Source: Paraspadella gotoi (taxonomy: Eukaryota > Animalia > Chaetognatha). Taken from it: a DNA stretch of 64,000 bases. The stretch lies in contig CM119271.1 of the NCBI GenBank assembly GCA_051294375.1, positions 3,255,061-3,319,060 of the forward strand, read 5' to 3'. Positions 1 to 14,574 of this stretch are shown here, in pieces; positions within the stretch are counted from its first letter, which is position 1; the number at the start of each line of letters is the position of its first letter. A program made the position numbers and the translations under genes. The notes beneath the pieces are model-generated. The model saw only the letters and a list, made by a program, of their open reading frames with translations. It searched no databases and was not told the origin of the DNA.

Positions 1-116
1 TCCTATGTATAAGGATTTTTTGGAGGGTAATTTATTCAATTATTTACTAATTTATTTATCTATTTCTTCTTACCCAATTTTGCCTCTTTCTCGCCCCACC
101 CTTGCACTCCGTTTTC

Positions 117-171
<55 letters not shown>

Positions 172-3100
172 TATTTCTTTATTTCATTCTTTTTCTATTT
201 CTCTCAAGCTCTCTTTCTTTCTTTCTTTTTCTATTTCTCTCAATCTCTCTTTCTTTTTCTATTTCTCTCAAAACCTCAATATTTTTCTATTTCTCTCAAT
301 CTCTCTTTCTTTCTTTCTTTTTCTATTTCTGTCAATCTCTCTTTTTCTTTCTTTCTTTCTTTTTCTATTTCTCTCATTCATTATTTCTTTCTTGCTTTCT
401 TTTTCGATTTCTCTCAATCTCGCTTTCTTTTTCTATTTCTCTCAATCTCTCTTTCTTTCTTTCTTTCTTTCCCGTCTTTCTTTCTTTCTTTCTGTTTTTC
501 CATGACCTGTAATATCCTAATCCATATCGCTTATCTCCGTCCCACTGAAACTCAGCCTCGGTCACAAGCGTGCTTCCGGTTCCTTCACCGAAGAGGCTCC
601 CATCTAAGTCGTGTATGTACGTCTGCGTCATTCCATCGCAGGTCATATCTGTCGCATGATTAATATTTATGATAATAATTAAAATACTTGTCGTAGCATC
701 CGAGATCGAGAGAGCAAAAGAAAAATTGAATGCCATTCATGATATAGTATTTAAAATACATAAGTATTTCAAATCAATTGTATAAAAGGTATTAGTCACT
801 TTTGTAAACTGGAAATAAAATAAAACAAACTACTATTACTTCTTTATCGACAGACAATAGTAATATTTGGGCGATTCGGTTTACAATACGTTATATTTGT
901 TTTAATATTGTATTTTGTTTAATACAAGGTGTTGCGCATGACTTTTCTTTTTACTTATCATGTCATTTATTCCATTTATTACAAAAGGCGGCGCCAGTAG
1001 TCGCTTAAATTTGATTTTTAACAAATGAGCAACAAACTATAGGCAAGTTATAAGCGTTTTTAAACGTAAGTGGGACAGACCGACAGACAGACATACCGAC
1101 CGACCGACCGAAAAAAAACCTTATAGAGTTGCTCCGCGAGTATTCGCGGCGCAACTAAAAATGAGTATTTATTATATAGTTGACCTCACCAACGCAGTCG
1201 GACGGATTGATCTTTCCCAATGACGGACGTTCGAAAAAGACCGTCTGATTTTTCCCAACCGCGATCGCCGTCATCTCATAGACCTCGGTGGGGTGGTTGA
1301 GATCTTCCACGAGGATGTTGGTGACGAAGACGAAGGCGCCTCTGGTCGAGCCGCAGAGGTTCGATTCGAAGTAGGCAACGATTGTCTTGCGGATGATCAG
1401 CAGTCCCTGGGTATAGGGATTGCTCTTACTGTTTTTTAATTAAGTTTAATAAAATTTATATTTACATTCATAAGACGGCCAGTAGAACTCGTCCATTCAT
1501 TCATTCATTCATTCATTTACTTATACATTTATTTATTCAATGATTTTATTTATCTATTTAATCATTTATAAATTTATTCAATTTGTTTGTTCAAAAATTT
1601 CTTTATCCATTAAATCCCTCCTTCATTCAAAATGTCATTCACTTTCATCGCACAATGCACAATGAAGACCACCCACCTCGATCGCCGGGTAAGACATCGA
1701 CCCAAAACAAGGCTTCAATGGGCATTTGTTGAATCCAGAGATGACGACGAGCGAGACGACGCCGACGCGGACGATCCTCTCCGAAGTCAGAAAGACCGGA
1801 TCGAATCTTGAAGACTTTCGAGATTTGTGGTTCAAGCTAACAGGAGAATACAAAAAAATGTTTCTTAGCGGTACAACAGAGTGATTTATATAAAAATTCC
1901 TTTGGAAAGTTGTCTAAAAATAACTAAAATTGTCATAATTTATCTGAAGAGGAAATCTTAATAACTCTCTCACCGCCTCATTAGAGACTCGGTAATTTTC
2001 ATATTTTTTCTCGAATAATTTTTCTGCACTTAAATTATACATTTGTTAAACTTAAAGCTTATTTTTTTTTTTTGCTACTACTTTTCTTTAACGGTACCCG
2101 TGAATGCAATTAGTTTTTTTTAAAAACTTAAGTAAATACTAAGTTAATAACCGAGTTGTAGACAGACAGACTGACCAAAAAGCGTCTTTTAGAGTATGTA
2201 GAACTAATTAATCAATAAGATTTCGAATTGGGGGTTTGTGGTCATTGTGTTCAGCCTTTCTCTCTCTCTCTCTCTCTCTCAAAGTTTTATTTGGCGATAA
2301 GACCCCTAGGAGGGCCCGCAAAATAGGATCGCCCTAAGGGCTGTTTCTCCTCATCCCGGGCGTTTTTAGTAATATCTTATCATCATCATCATCTCTCTCT
2401 CTTACTCGATAGTGTCGTTGCAGTCGAACACGGGGCTCGTTCCCACGATCGTCGATTTCTCGACCAAGAACGTTCTCTTCTCCGCCGCGTGGGACAAGGA
2501 AGGTGGACCCGTCATGATCGGCCAGACGCCAACCGTGTTGTCGATAACTCGGCAGTTGACCACCTTCATCTCCTTCACTTTCAAGGCAGACTGTTGAGAT
2601 TGAAGATTAAGGATGGGATATGAGATGGAAAATTGGATGGGGAGATGGGAAACCTGTTCGGGGATGAAATCCGATGGGATGGGAGATTGGATAAAGGGGA
2701 TAAGGTATAGGATAGAAGAAGGAAACTGGGATATAAGACATGGCTCAGACATGGGATAGGCCAAAGGATTAAGACATGGATAAAACAGTGGCTATGGGAG
2801 ATGGGATAGAAGATGGTTGATGGAATGGGATGTATGGAAACTGAAATGGGAGACGTGATGGCTGATGGGAAGTGAGAAATGGGATTGAGATAAAAGATGG
2901 AACGTGGGACATGAGATATAAAAGATGAGAAAGAAGATGAATAAAAGATGACCCCCACGAATTGATATAAATAGGGAAATAAATTGAAGATCTGCTACTT
3001 TTAATAAAACGTTATCCTTGAGTTTTTTTGTTTTTATTTTCCGTTGCAAGCATGTTTGCCAAAACAACAACAACAACAACAACTTCTTCATTGGTGGGTC

Positions 3101-6100
3101 CGTTAATTAGTCTCATTAAAAACAGAGAGAAATACTGACGTCCCTGTTCCCATCATATTACTTATATTCATAATGAAACTAATTATTAAATTTAATATCA
3201 AGTAAAATATTTAAAATAAATATTTTTTTTTAAATAAATTTAAAAAATATGTTATTTCAGAAATTTTATAAAAAAAAAAATTTAATATAGTAAAACAATT
3301 AATTTTAAAATTTTCATTCATCAATAATTGTCAAAGCCACGCCCGCGTCTTGGAACTCACGTTGACGTAAATTCCGACGTTAGAATTCTTCCAGACTGTG
3401 AATCCAGAGAGCAACGTGCACTCGTGAACTCCGCCTTTGACGTCGAGTCCGTATCTGCCGATGGCGCATTTGGACATGGCGACGCCGATCATCGCCGAGT
3501 GGACGACGTTGTTGCGCCAATGGAGACTCTCCGCCTTTTTTGGGCAAAGAAAAAAAAAGGGCTAATTGGGTCGGGCATACTAGTTTTTTTTTAACTTTTA
3601 ATTCCGTTTAATCTTCAATGCTCAGCGAAAGACCTCGGGAAAGCTATGGACCAATTTCATAAAAATACAATTGAAACATTCTTTGAAATATTACACTTCA
3701 TTAATAGATAAGCCAGGTACTCTGGGAGTGAATATACTTATGAATAAGCAGTTATTTAATAAATTACACAATAAATTCGCTAAACCGGAACCAAACTTTA
3801 GATGTCACCTCATGACAACTTTGACCCGACGTGCGAATGCCGAGTCTCTCAGATCCGGCGACAGCATTATCGTAGAATTGCGTGTTCAAAGCGCCATCTG
3901 TATAAAATTTTAAATAAACAACAGTAATAGAATATGTTGTTTCAGAATAAAAACGTTTCTTGATTAAATAAGGGATAAGGTAGTGGTCCTTTCATACAAT
4001 TGATTGATAGGGAAGCCTGATACTATGGGAATGAATAAACGAGACTGTGAGAGAGTCTTGATTGAAAGCTTGCGGATACCTGCTATGTCTTATCTTGAAG
4101 AGTGGTGGACCATAGCCAATTATTAGCCATAGCCTGTCAAGATCAACATAACTTATTCATTAATTTTACAATTTAATATTGATTGTATCAATTTCACGAA
4201 TGAAAATACGAAACATAATTCAATTTAGATGTTATTGTTTGTATGTACGTAGGTTATTGAGAAAATAGAAATTTTCAAAGTACGTATAAGTAAAGCACCA
4301 ATTTCATAAGATCTTGCATTAACTCTGAAATAATCACAAATCCCTTTCAACACACCCATCTCGATCGCGGCCTCCATATTAGAATTGGCTTCCTCGAACC
4401 ACTTGAACGACGACGCCCAATAATTGCTGACGACCAGGTTGGAGACGACGGCGTTGTCGTTGGAGAAGACGACGATCGCCGAACCCACCGTCCGATGCAG
4501 GACGTTCCTCTTGACGACGAGATTCGTGGTGCCGAAGACTCCGATCCCTGGGGCGAACCCGGATCGAAAGGAGCACCCGTCGACGAGAGAGCCTTTGGCG
4601 TTGGCTCTCCGCACGTTTCCGACTTCGAGAAAGGAGAGGGAATACCTCGGATCGAACCAATCCGTCCACCCGAGTTGCCCGGTTTTGTAAAACTCGACGT
4701 GAGAAAAGCTGCCGGAGCCTTCGAACGTCTTGATTCGATCCCAAGTCGTCAATTTGCCGACGACGACTCGTCCGCCGAAATTCTCTTCCTCTAACAAAGT
4801 CGTGTTCTCGCCCATGATGCGGATGTTACGAGACAAGAGTCCCACTTCCGCTTTGAGAGAATAGGACAAGGAACCGTTGGCGATCGTCGCGCCCAAATGT
4901 CTGTTCGTCAACTTATCTTCTAGGACGAGTGTTTTATTATCCTCGCCGACGCTAAGGATACGCGTCACGTGATCGGCCGTCCCGTTGAAGGAGGTCGAGG
5001 CAATGACGATTTCTTCGTCCGCGACCCAATCCACTTTGTCTTCCAAAACGATCGTCGTCGAACCGGCTTCGGCCGTCGCGGCTAATCTCGTCCATGTGAT
5101 CAATCGTTCCTTTCCGTAGAGATCGCAGGGTCCGTAGCAAGCCAGGGCTTTGCTCAGCGCGTAATCCGCATTGGGTAAGGCCATCTGGGGAGTTGCGTGG
5201 TGACCCGTCAGAACTATGGTCAGTTTACCGAGAAAGGGTTCGTCGGGAAATCCCGCTACCAATCTACCGGTCACGAATATAACGTGAGCTTTGATGATCA
5301 TTTCGACGTATTCTCCGGATTCCATCAGAGGCGCTACTTCGAGAACTCCCTCTATGTATAGTTTCTTAAACACTAATTCGGGTACGTCCACGACGACCCA
5401 TTTATCGCCGGTAATCTTCGCGTCGACGTCTCTAGGCACAGCCGTGGCGTTCCAGTCCTCATCGGTGGTGTTCCACGCCGCCGGATCGCTGGCGTTCCAG
5501 TAATTGGCCGGTCTGGTTGTGAAATTGTTAGCGTTGAGCGTGATCGGTGGAAGGCAATCCTTGTAGTAGCACTGATAAAAATTAGGTTTGATGTCCAGAT
5601 CGTGTTTTTGATGACTGTAACCGGCGACCATGTAATAGATTATATTAAGTATGTAAGAAATGTAATAATCACCATGTTGATTATTAGATTTGGTCAACGG
5701 AACGATGGACCCGTTGCGGGGTTCCGTTGGCGGCAACTCGATGTGGTCTAATTTTCGGCTCACGTTATGTTTCACGATGACGCAATCGCCGATGTGAAAA
5801 TTGTAATAAGTCGCCGAATACGAAACGTTGGTGATTTGTTCCGCATTCGCGAAGGTCATTTCGTATTCCATGCAACTTCCGCAAGAAATATCGTATTCAT
5901 TTTCGAGCTGGTCGAATTTGTCTTGGTTACTTATCGAAATCAAAGTCACCATCCATCCCGGTTTGTGCGTCAATCTTTTCTCCAAATACGGAACGCAAGT
6001 CGTTCCGAAACAATTCTTAAAACAAGCAAACTTGTATCGTAGAAACGAAGGCGCGGGATTCTTGAAGGCCAAACGATGAAATTTCATGTCCGTCGAACAA

Positions 6101-9100
6101 ACGGACGCGTTCACGGCTCCGAAGGAAAATTTCGACGCGTGATCGCAGATGTCAGGTGGCAAAGCGTCGTTGGTGGCCACAACTTGTACGGCTCCACGCG
6201 GATCGCCGGTCAAAGACCCGTCCATGTCTTTGAATACTCCGTCGTGGTCCCAACGTAAAGCTCCTTTACAATCGCCGTCTATAAATGATATATTTTCGAA
6301 TCGGTATTCCCATCCCCCACACAGACTGGTACAGACCCCGTCTATCGACGTGATCCCGAGACCAACGCAGTCGCGAACGCAGTCGTAATTGAAGAACTTG
6401 ACATTCTCGATCGTCAAACGACTGCTGAAGGGTAAGACGAGCCCCCGACACGACAGTTTCTTGTTCATGTCTTTGTCGGCCTCGTCGACGTCTGTGTGAG
6501 CGACGACGACGCTGTCGACGAGTCTGGCTCCTTCATCTCCCCAGGGAGGATTCTGGACGATCAACTTCCACTCCATCCCAGCGCGTTGATTGGACACGAA
6601 TATCATGTCGACGAACTGAAGGGAACCCGTGTTGACCGCCTCCGCGCCTTTCTCGTTGTACCAAGACACAAAACGTTCGAAAACGGTCGGGGCGTTGATC
6701 TTGTCCCAACACCCCGAACCTTTTTTCGGAAAGAGCATGGGGAATATCCAAAGACCGAACCAACCCATGGAATGAGCCGTGTTGTTAAAAAATCCCCCGG
6801 GCGGCATTTCGACGTGCCGGCAGCAGACGGACGTATCGTGAGAGGGCCCATCGGGATGCTCCAGCATTCTGTACCAGTATCCGAAATGAGTTCCGCCGGC
6901 AGCGGCGTTGTGTCGGACGGTGTTGTTGGGGTTCGTGATCCAGAAGGCGGCGGGAGTGATGTCGTCGTTTCTCAGCGAGTTGCTCATCTTCACGAAAGAA
7001 GCAAAGTTATGTTGAAACGTATTGCCGTGCTCTATTCCGTCTTCCAAGAAGAAAGCTCCTCCCATTATATTATACACGACGTTAAACTCTACCACGATTC
7101 CGTGAGTTCCGTGAATATTCACGGCGCGATTGAAGGACTTGTGAATTGAGCATCCTTTAACGTAGGAATTTTTCATGTATCCATTGATGTGATAGTGAAT
7201 GGGATATCTGCCTAACCTAAAAGCTTGCCCGACATAATTGAGCTCCACGAAGGAAAACCGGGCTTGAACCAAGTCTTCGCTGGGTCTGGGAGCGTGAATG
7301 TTGATCTGCGCGCCAAACTGATTCGTGGATGTCTCCGATCCGAATCGACCTTGAAAACAAGTTTGAGTCACGAATTCTCCGGAGTGAAATCCATCGGGAC
7401 ACGCTTCGATGTCAGTATGCCATTCCTTGTTATCGAAGCCTTCAATCAGGATGTTCCGAGTTAATAAACCGACTTCGGCTCTCATTTCGATTATCTTATC
7501 CCCAAATCGCTTGGTAACTCCGAGATGCCTATATTTCAAAGGCTCTTTTAATTTTAAACAATAGCTGTTATTATTTTTTTCAATTATAACATGTTCCTCG
7601 GTTTGATTTTGACTGTGCCGATAACCCGTAGTGGCTACGACGATATGGTCGTCAACTTGCCAATCGACAGGGTGTTTCAAACATATTTCATCATCGCCAG
7701 CTTCTACGGTTTCGGCCAAATAGGTCCAAGTTTGATTAGTGGGCCTGCCGTGAAAATCGAGCGATCCTTCCCTCAGCGCGATCATTTTACTACCATATAT
7801 GGGAATTTCCTTGGACAAAGCGTGTCCGTGAAGAGTGATTCGTGCTTTATGCTCGAAATGTTCCTCTTCGGTTCCGACAATAAACTTTCCTCCGTGAGTC
7901 ACGATGATATACTCTGCCTGTAGATGTAGATCCATATCGAAGAAACAGAGCGTTCCGCCATTGACGAGAATGGCTTTGACGAAAACGTCCGTGTCGACGA
8001 AAAGCGTCTCTCCCTTCGGAACGACCACCAAGCTCTTATTATCCGGCAGATCTTTCCCGCCCCAAGTAAAACGCGACGACCAGACGTCCACGAAATGAAA
8101 CTCGATCGTCCCGTTTTTGAAAAGGGCTCGACCTTTGCCCTCGATCGTTACCATGACAACGACCTTTTTCGAGGGTTTGTTCGCCTTCGTCTTGCAGGAA
8201 ATCGCAGTTAGATTGGATTCCGAAACGAGGCAAGGCACTTCGCCGAACATCACGGTCACGCGATCGATGGACGTGGAAAAACCGTCTCCCGCGAGACGAA
8301 CCACGGTCCCGCCCGCGGTTCCACCTTGTTTGGGCTCGACGTCGGTCAATTCTGGTGTCAAGTCGGCTTTGTAAGTAAAACTATCGAGCAGAACTCTTTC
8401 GACGCCGCCGCTGGTCAACTTCACGTCATGAGTCGCGTTATCATTTTCTTCGTGATCAGGATAAGGCGAAGTCAGGCAAATAATGCAAGAAGCGTTGCTT
8501 GCGTCCCAATCGATCTCGCAAGGCGAATCTCCGATAGAAATTGTCGTGGAATTGTCCATCGCGTAACCAGAGCCGCAGACCGTCAACTTAGACCCTCCGC
8601 CCATCCCGCCTGACGAGGGTTCGACGCTGTTTAAGTTTAATTCGAATTCGAAGACAGAATCGTTGAGGGTGGTCGCCGCGCCTGCGCAGTTGAGGACGAC
8701 GCGCGGAACGTAGATCCCGGGACCCTTGGACGGAGTTCCGAGGACGCACTTCAGCTCGTTCTCAAATATCCGAACGGGTTTACAGGGCGTCGATGATGAT
8801 GGGTCGCTGTTCTTGACGAAACTAACCGAAGCCGATTCGCAGGAGAAGTTGAAGTGACCCGTGATAGTGATTTCCGTCCCGGCGGGTCCGGATGCCGGAG
8901 AAATGTCCGAGAAATTAGGAGTGACGTTTTGAGAATATGAGAAGACGCCAGTGGCCGACAGAAGGGTGTCGTTTCCGGAAGAGACGGTTACCGTGGCGCG
9001 GGATTCGGCCACGGGGTTTAAAGGGGGCGTGACGCATTTGATTTGCGTCGGAGTGACGCTGGATATGACGCAGGACGAGTATTCGTCGAGGCATTGGGAG

Positions 9101-9187
9101 GTGCAAGAACTGTGGAGGGAGAGGAAAGTTGAAAGATGGCGTTTGAGGTTGGGAAAAAGGACACATTTTGTTGATATCGTACTCTCG

Positions 9188-9236
<49 letters not shown>

Positions 9237-12200
9237 CCCTAACTCCCTTATAAAATTTACAAATGAACGAAACATGCAGGTAAATTTGTCGTTGTTGTCA
9301 TCAACAAAAAAATAAAAATAAAAAGTCAGAAAAAGTTTGAAATTTTGTTTCAACAACGATTTATTTCAGAGATAAAAACGGACATGTTTTGGCTTTTTTA
9401 TTCAAGCCTTCATCAGCGTCAAAATTGAATATGTGAAATATATTGGACAGATTTGTGTAAAGGAAGAGAGAGAGAGAGATAAACAGAGAGTTAGAGGGAA
9501 ATAGAGATATAAAAAGTCAAAAATAAAAAACAACAAAACATAAAACAAACAAATTTTAATTTCACCTCGACGATTCTTTCGTAATCGTCACATTCGTCCT
9601 TTCATCAAATCCGCTTCCGTCAATCGTCACCATCGTTCCGCCATTGACGCTCCCGACGGAAGGGGCCACGCCCACCACGACCATCCGACTGTCAATCGCC
9701 AGCCCTTCCTCGTTGGAGGCGTCGCCGAAGCCAACGACGTTGACGCGAACCAACTGCGATCCTGCCGGCAAATTCCTCGCCTCGCAGACGATTGTATTTT
9801 CTTCGACGTCGACGACGGGGCAGGGGTGACCGCCGAGGGAGACCGTCGCCGATCCATTCGAGAATCCCGTTCCGTTGATGGAGAGATTAAAGCCTCGCCC
9901 GTCGAACGTCTCGTCGCTGATGTCGAAAATCTTTGGCGTCTTCGTTAGAGTAAAGTTGTATCGACAGTGAGATTCTTCGTCTCGACAGTTAGCGACGAAC
10001 TCCTTGACTTTCACTTTTAATCTAACTGACTCTTCTTCGTGAGCCTTCGTCACGACTGTGAGCGACGTGTAGTTGGCCTCGATCAGATCCAGCCGATCGT
10101 CGCCAAAAGTCACTTCCGTTCGACCGACTTGGAATCCATTGCCGAAGACCATGACGACGGCGTTGCCCTCTACGGAACCTTCCGTCAAACTCATCCCTGA
10201 GACGAGCGGCAAAAGAGCGAATTTCCGATCGGCTTCTTTCGGCGCCGCCTTCAACGCGGCGCCCTTTCCAGCGACGTTGACGCCGACTTCCAACCAAACG
10301 CCGATTTCGGCGCCGTCCGCGTCCAGTTTGCATTTGATCTCCGTCGTCGTCGACTCCAGGACTCGGCACTCGTGAGACCCGAAAGTCACTTTTAAATCTC
10401 GAGACGAATTCGTGAATCCCACTCCGGTGATTGTAATTTCTTGATGGGCATCGCCGTAGGATGGAGAGATCGATTGAATAACCGGAGTGGCGTCCGAACT
10501 GAGAGTGTAATTCAGTAAACCAAGTTCGTCGTCATGGGGACAGGCGCGTTTCTTGATCGCAATGGATTCGTTAAAATTCGGCAGGGAATGAGCTTCGATT
10601 CCGCTGGCGAACAATCTTATTGACGCCGTGGCCTTCGTAAAAGGCGCTACCACGATCATTCCGCGAAGATCGTGGAAATTCTCGTGCGAGGAAAAGTACC
10701 ACGTACCCGACGATCCCGTCACGAACGAGAATTCACCTTGGGTGGCGGACTCGCTTTCGAAAATTCCGTCGCAGTTGCCGGCGTCTTCTTCTTTGGCGCT
10801 CGGAACGGAACAAACCTTCGTGGAAAAAAAAGTCGTCTCAATCTAATTTGTATATTGTCGTGTTTTGATTAAGTATCGTAAGATTTTTACTTCGTTTCCT
10901 TGGAAATGTAATATAGGGAGATTATTAACAATTCCTTTCGTTGATTTTGTTAACTAAGAATTAGTTTATGTTCACAACGAATATTTGTTATACGCGTATA
11001 CTTCAATGCACTATTTGAAACATGTAAGAATTTATAAAAAATATTCGCATTATCAAGATATTTGTTTTTTTAACTCCAGAATACATTGATTAATGAAGGA
11101 ATTAACAGTGAGAAAAACATGCTCTCTTCTCAAACCTTGATCTCCCGATTGACGCCGCTCCAACTCCACGTGACCGTATCCCCGGGAGAGACGGTCAACG
11201 AACTCGCGTTCCACTTGTAACCAACGTTGGCAATCCGATGACTTTTCGAAGTGGACCTCGAGACGGCGTCGATGTTGGTGGCGTTGCAGTCGACAATCTC
11301 GGCCACCGTCTCCCCCACGAGCAACCGCAGGCCGGAGCAGTTGACCGGGAAGCCGGACCCACGAAGAGTCAGACCGACGCCGCCGAGAAATGATCCGGCT
11401 TCCGGTTCGACGGAAAAGATCGAGAAATCGACGTCGATCTTTGGGACTTTGAAAGTCGAGGTGTCGGCGTCGCCTCGATCTTCGTCGATCTTCACCAGGA
11501 TGTGATGACATCCGGGTGGCATCTCTCTCAGTTCCGCTTCGATCAGAGTCGAATTCCAAAAGAGAATCTCAGTCGCTTCGCCGCCAATGAGAACCGAACC
11601 GTTTGACGTCGATTCCCCTAAATTCTCCCCGCGTAGAAGAATCTTCTCGCCCCCAGAAACCCCGAACGGCCCCTCGGGATGGAACCCGAAAATCTTGGGG
11701 GCTTGAGAGTTGTTGTAGAGGAATTGAAGGTCGGAAGAAGGAATCGTCTCCAGGGAAAAATCCGACGCTGGATTCCCCGCCGTCGCCGTCACGTTGACCG
11801 AGAATCCGTGCGGACCTCCCGGCGTCCGGCAGTGTATCGCCGTGTAGTTGACGAACACATTCCGGCAGATTCTGTCGCCGATATGGACCTTGACGTCTTG
11901 GGGGAATCCGAAGCCTTGAATGAAGAGAAGATCGCCGCCGCCCGTGCTGCCCGTCGACGGGGTCATACCCTCCATCTTTGACTCGAAGGAGAATCTCTTC
12001 GTCGGCGAGGCGTGAAGCGCTTCGCCGACGCCCTCCACGAAGACTTTCACCCGATAGTCTCCGCCGAATCCATCGCCGACGAGGACGGTCACCCTCGAGT
12101 CGTTCGACTTTTCCGAAACAACCTCGCAGGCGACGCCGCCAATCTCCACCCTCATCTTGGAGGGATCGGCGTCGAAACGGCGCCCGGTTATGACGAGTTC

Positions 12201-13407
12201 GGCGCCGCTTTGAGCGCGAGTGGGCGTGGCGTCGATGACGATCGGCGTCGTTGATTCGTCGTAGCGGAAATCGCAGGCGTCGGAGTCGAAGGAGGCGGCG
12301 TCGGTGGCGCCGGGACAAGAGGAGGGGATGTCGTTGACGAAGACTTGGACCTTTGGAGGGCGTGGGCAAGGGGAGAGGTGGGGGTAGGAATGATGGGAAC
12401 AGTTGGAGGGGGTTGGTTGATTAACCATTTTCATTTCTATTGTGCGAAAACAAATTCAATTTACGTGAAAAACTTTTAAAATTCCAATAATTGGCGAACG
12501 GCAAAAAAAAAAAACAACCAAAAAAATACCCTTATCACGTCCCGATGGAATTTTAGGTAATATCTTTTTTTATTATTATTATTATTAACATTATCACCTA
12601 TATTTCACTTAATTAGTACGGTTAAATACTACGATATTTATTATCGCCCATTAAGTCGTTAGCCTTTTGTTCCTAACCTGCGGAACTTTATGAACCGTCC
12701 GCATCATGTCGCTTCCCACGTATTTGTGATAGACGCTCCCGGAGCGTCTCCGTTTCGACTGGACCGTCGCATCGACGCCCGTCACGTTCGCGTTCTCTAT
12801 TCTCAACTCGTCCTTCATGCCGCCCGTTCGGAACCGGACGAGCAGGCGGCGATCCAGACACGTGGGCACACCCTCGAAGTCTTCTTGGGTGACCCAGACT
12901 TCTCCCGTTTCCAGTTCCATTTTGAGTCTTTTTATTTGGGGGGGGGGTGGCGAGAATGGATGAAAGATAGAGAAAGAAATAAATAGGAAAAGAAAGACAG
13001 AAAGGCAGAAGGAAGGAATCGGGAAAAGAAGGATAAAAAGGAATAAATAAAAAGGGAATAAAAAAAGAAATTAAAATAATAAATATAATAAATTGCAGAG
13101 AGATAAAAAATATTTAAAGAACAGAAGAAAAGAAAGACTGAAAGGGGAAAAAAAGAGAGAGAGAGAAAAAGAAGATGAAAGAAAGAAAGAAAGAAAAAAC
13201 AAAGAAATAAAAAAATCCCGCGACGAAAACAAAAGCAAACAACAACAACAACAATAACAACCTTACCTCTGCCTGAGCTCGTACGGAGTGATGGCGGCAC
13301 CGACCCTCATGCGGCGGCCTTCGTAGGTGAGGTCAAACTCACCACCGATCGGAGGAGATGCGGACTCGACTCGTTCGATGAGAAGAGAGGAGGGGGAGGA
13401 GTCAGGC

Positions 13408-13454
<47 letters not shown>

Positions 13455-14495
13455 AAGAAAAAAAGGTGGCCCGTCCCAAGGGAAGGGGCAAGGTATCTTG
13501 TTTGTATTAGTTGTAACAAAAATATAACAAAATAAAAACATAACCACTAGAGTGATTTGAAAATGATAAAATTTTAGAAAATTTAAATTTAGTATATAAA
13601 AATAAAAATACTCTGGTAAATTTATTTTTTAATTTTATACTTTAGTGGACACCAGTGAGCTATATTTATATATAATGATATTAATAAGTATATAATAGGG
13701 TAAAAATTCAAAATGCAAATTTTTAAATTTTAAGATCGGATTTGGATTCCTTGCAAAAAGTATAAGAAAGTATAATTCTCTTTTACAAATTCTTTCATTA
13801 AGTTGGTCAAAAATATAAAATACTATTTTTAAAACGCCAATTTTAAATTTCCAGCTTAAAAATATAGTTTTTCATAATTTTAATCTACTTAATGACATAA
13901 TTTTTAAAAAAGATTTATATATATTTTTTTTATCAACTTTTAATAAGGAATCTGAATCTGTTCTCAGAATTAAAAAAAAAACATTTTGAAATTTTGACAT
14001 TATACAAGGGTAGTACTATATTCAAAATAAGCTGACTGAGCTACTATATATGTAAAAAAAAACAAAACTACATATTTGTATTCACTAATACGATAGTTTT
14101 AAAGAAATAACTTTCACTTCACCCTATTAACCACAACTATAATACTCTCCTCCTTTATACATCTTCCTCACCAACTGAAACCGCGACGCCATCAGCGGCG
14201 GCGTCTCGCACAATCTCGTATCCATGGTAACGAGGAACTCGAGATTCGTCGGATCGGCGTCGTTGACGACGACTTTGACGCCGGCGATGTGATCGACGGC
14301 GCGGTGTTGGATCTGGGAGAGGAGCTCCGCTTTCGACCACGCTATCGGGGGTGGGGGGAATTATTTAACAAGTTAGATAGTTAACTTAGATCAATGGTCA
14401 TGAAAACAATCATAAAACAACCTTGCAAGGTTTTATACAAGACCCTGGTTTAATATGAAGCTGTGGCGGTATAATACCGCCACAAAGCTCCTATA

Positions 14496-14574
<79 letters not shown>

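Noticed and set aside
5-512. F/L/S-rich ORFs (also 17365-17988, 29789-30534, 40544-40876, 56958-57201)
   Set aside because: Translations of TTTC/AAAG simple repeats in introns.
6496-7149. Plus-strand ORFs overlapping the large exons (also 56309-56920, 11569-12369 and others)
   Set aside because: Antisense or alternate-frame shadows of GC3-rich coding sequence with no recognisable motifs.
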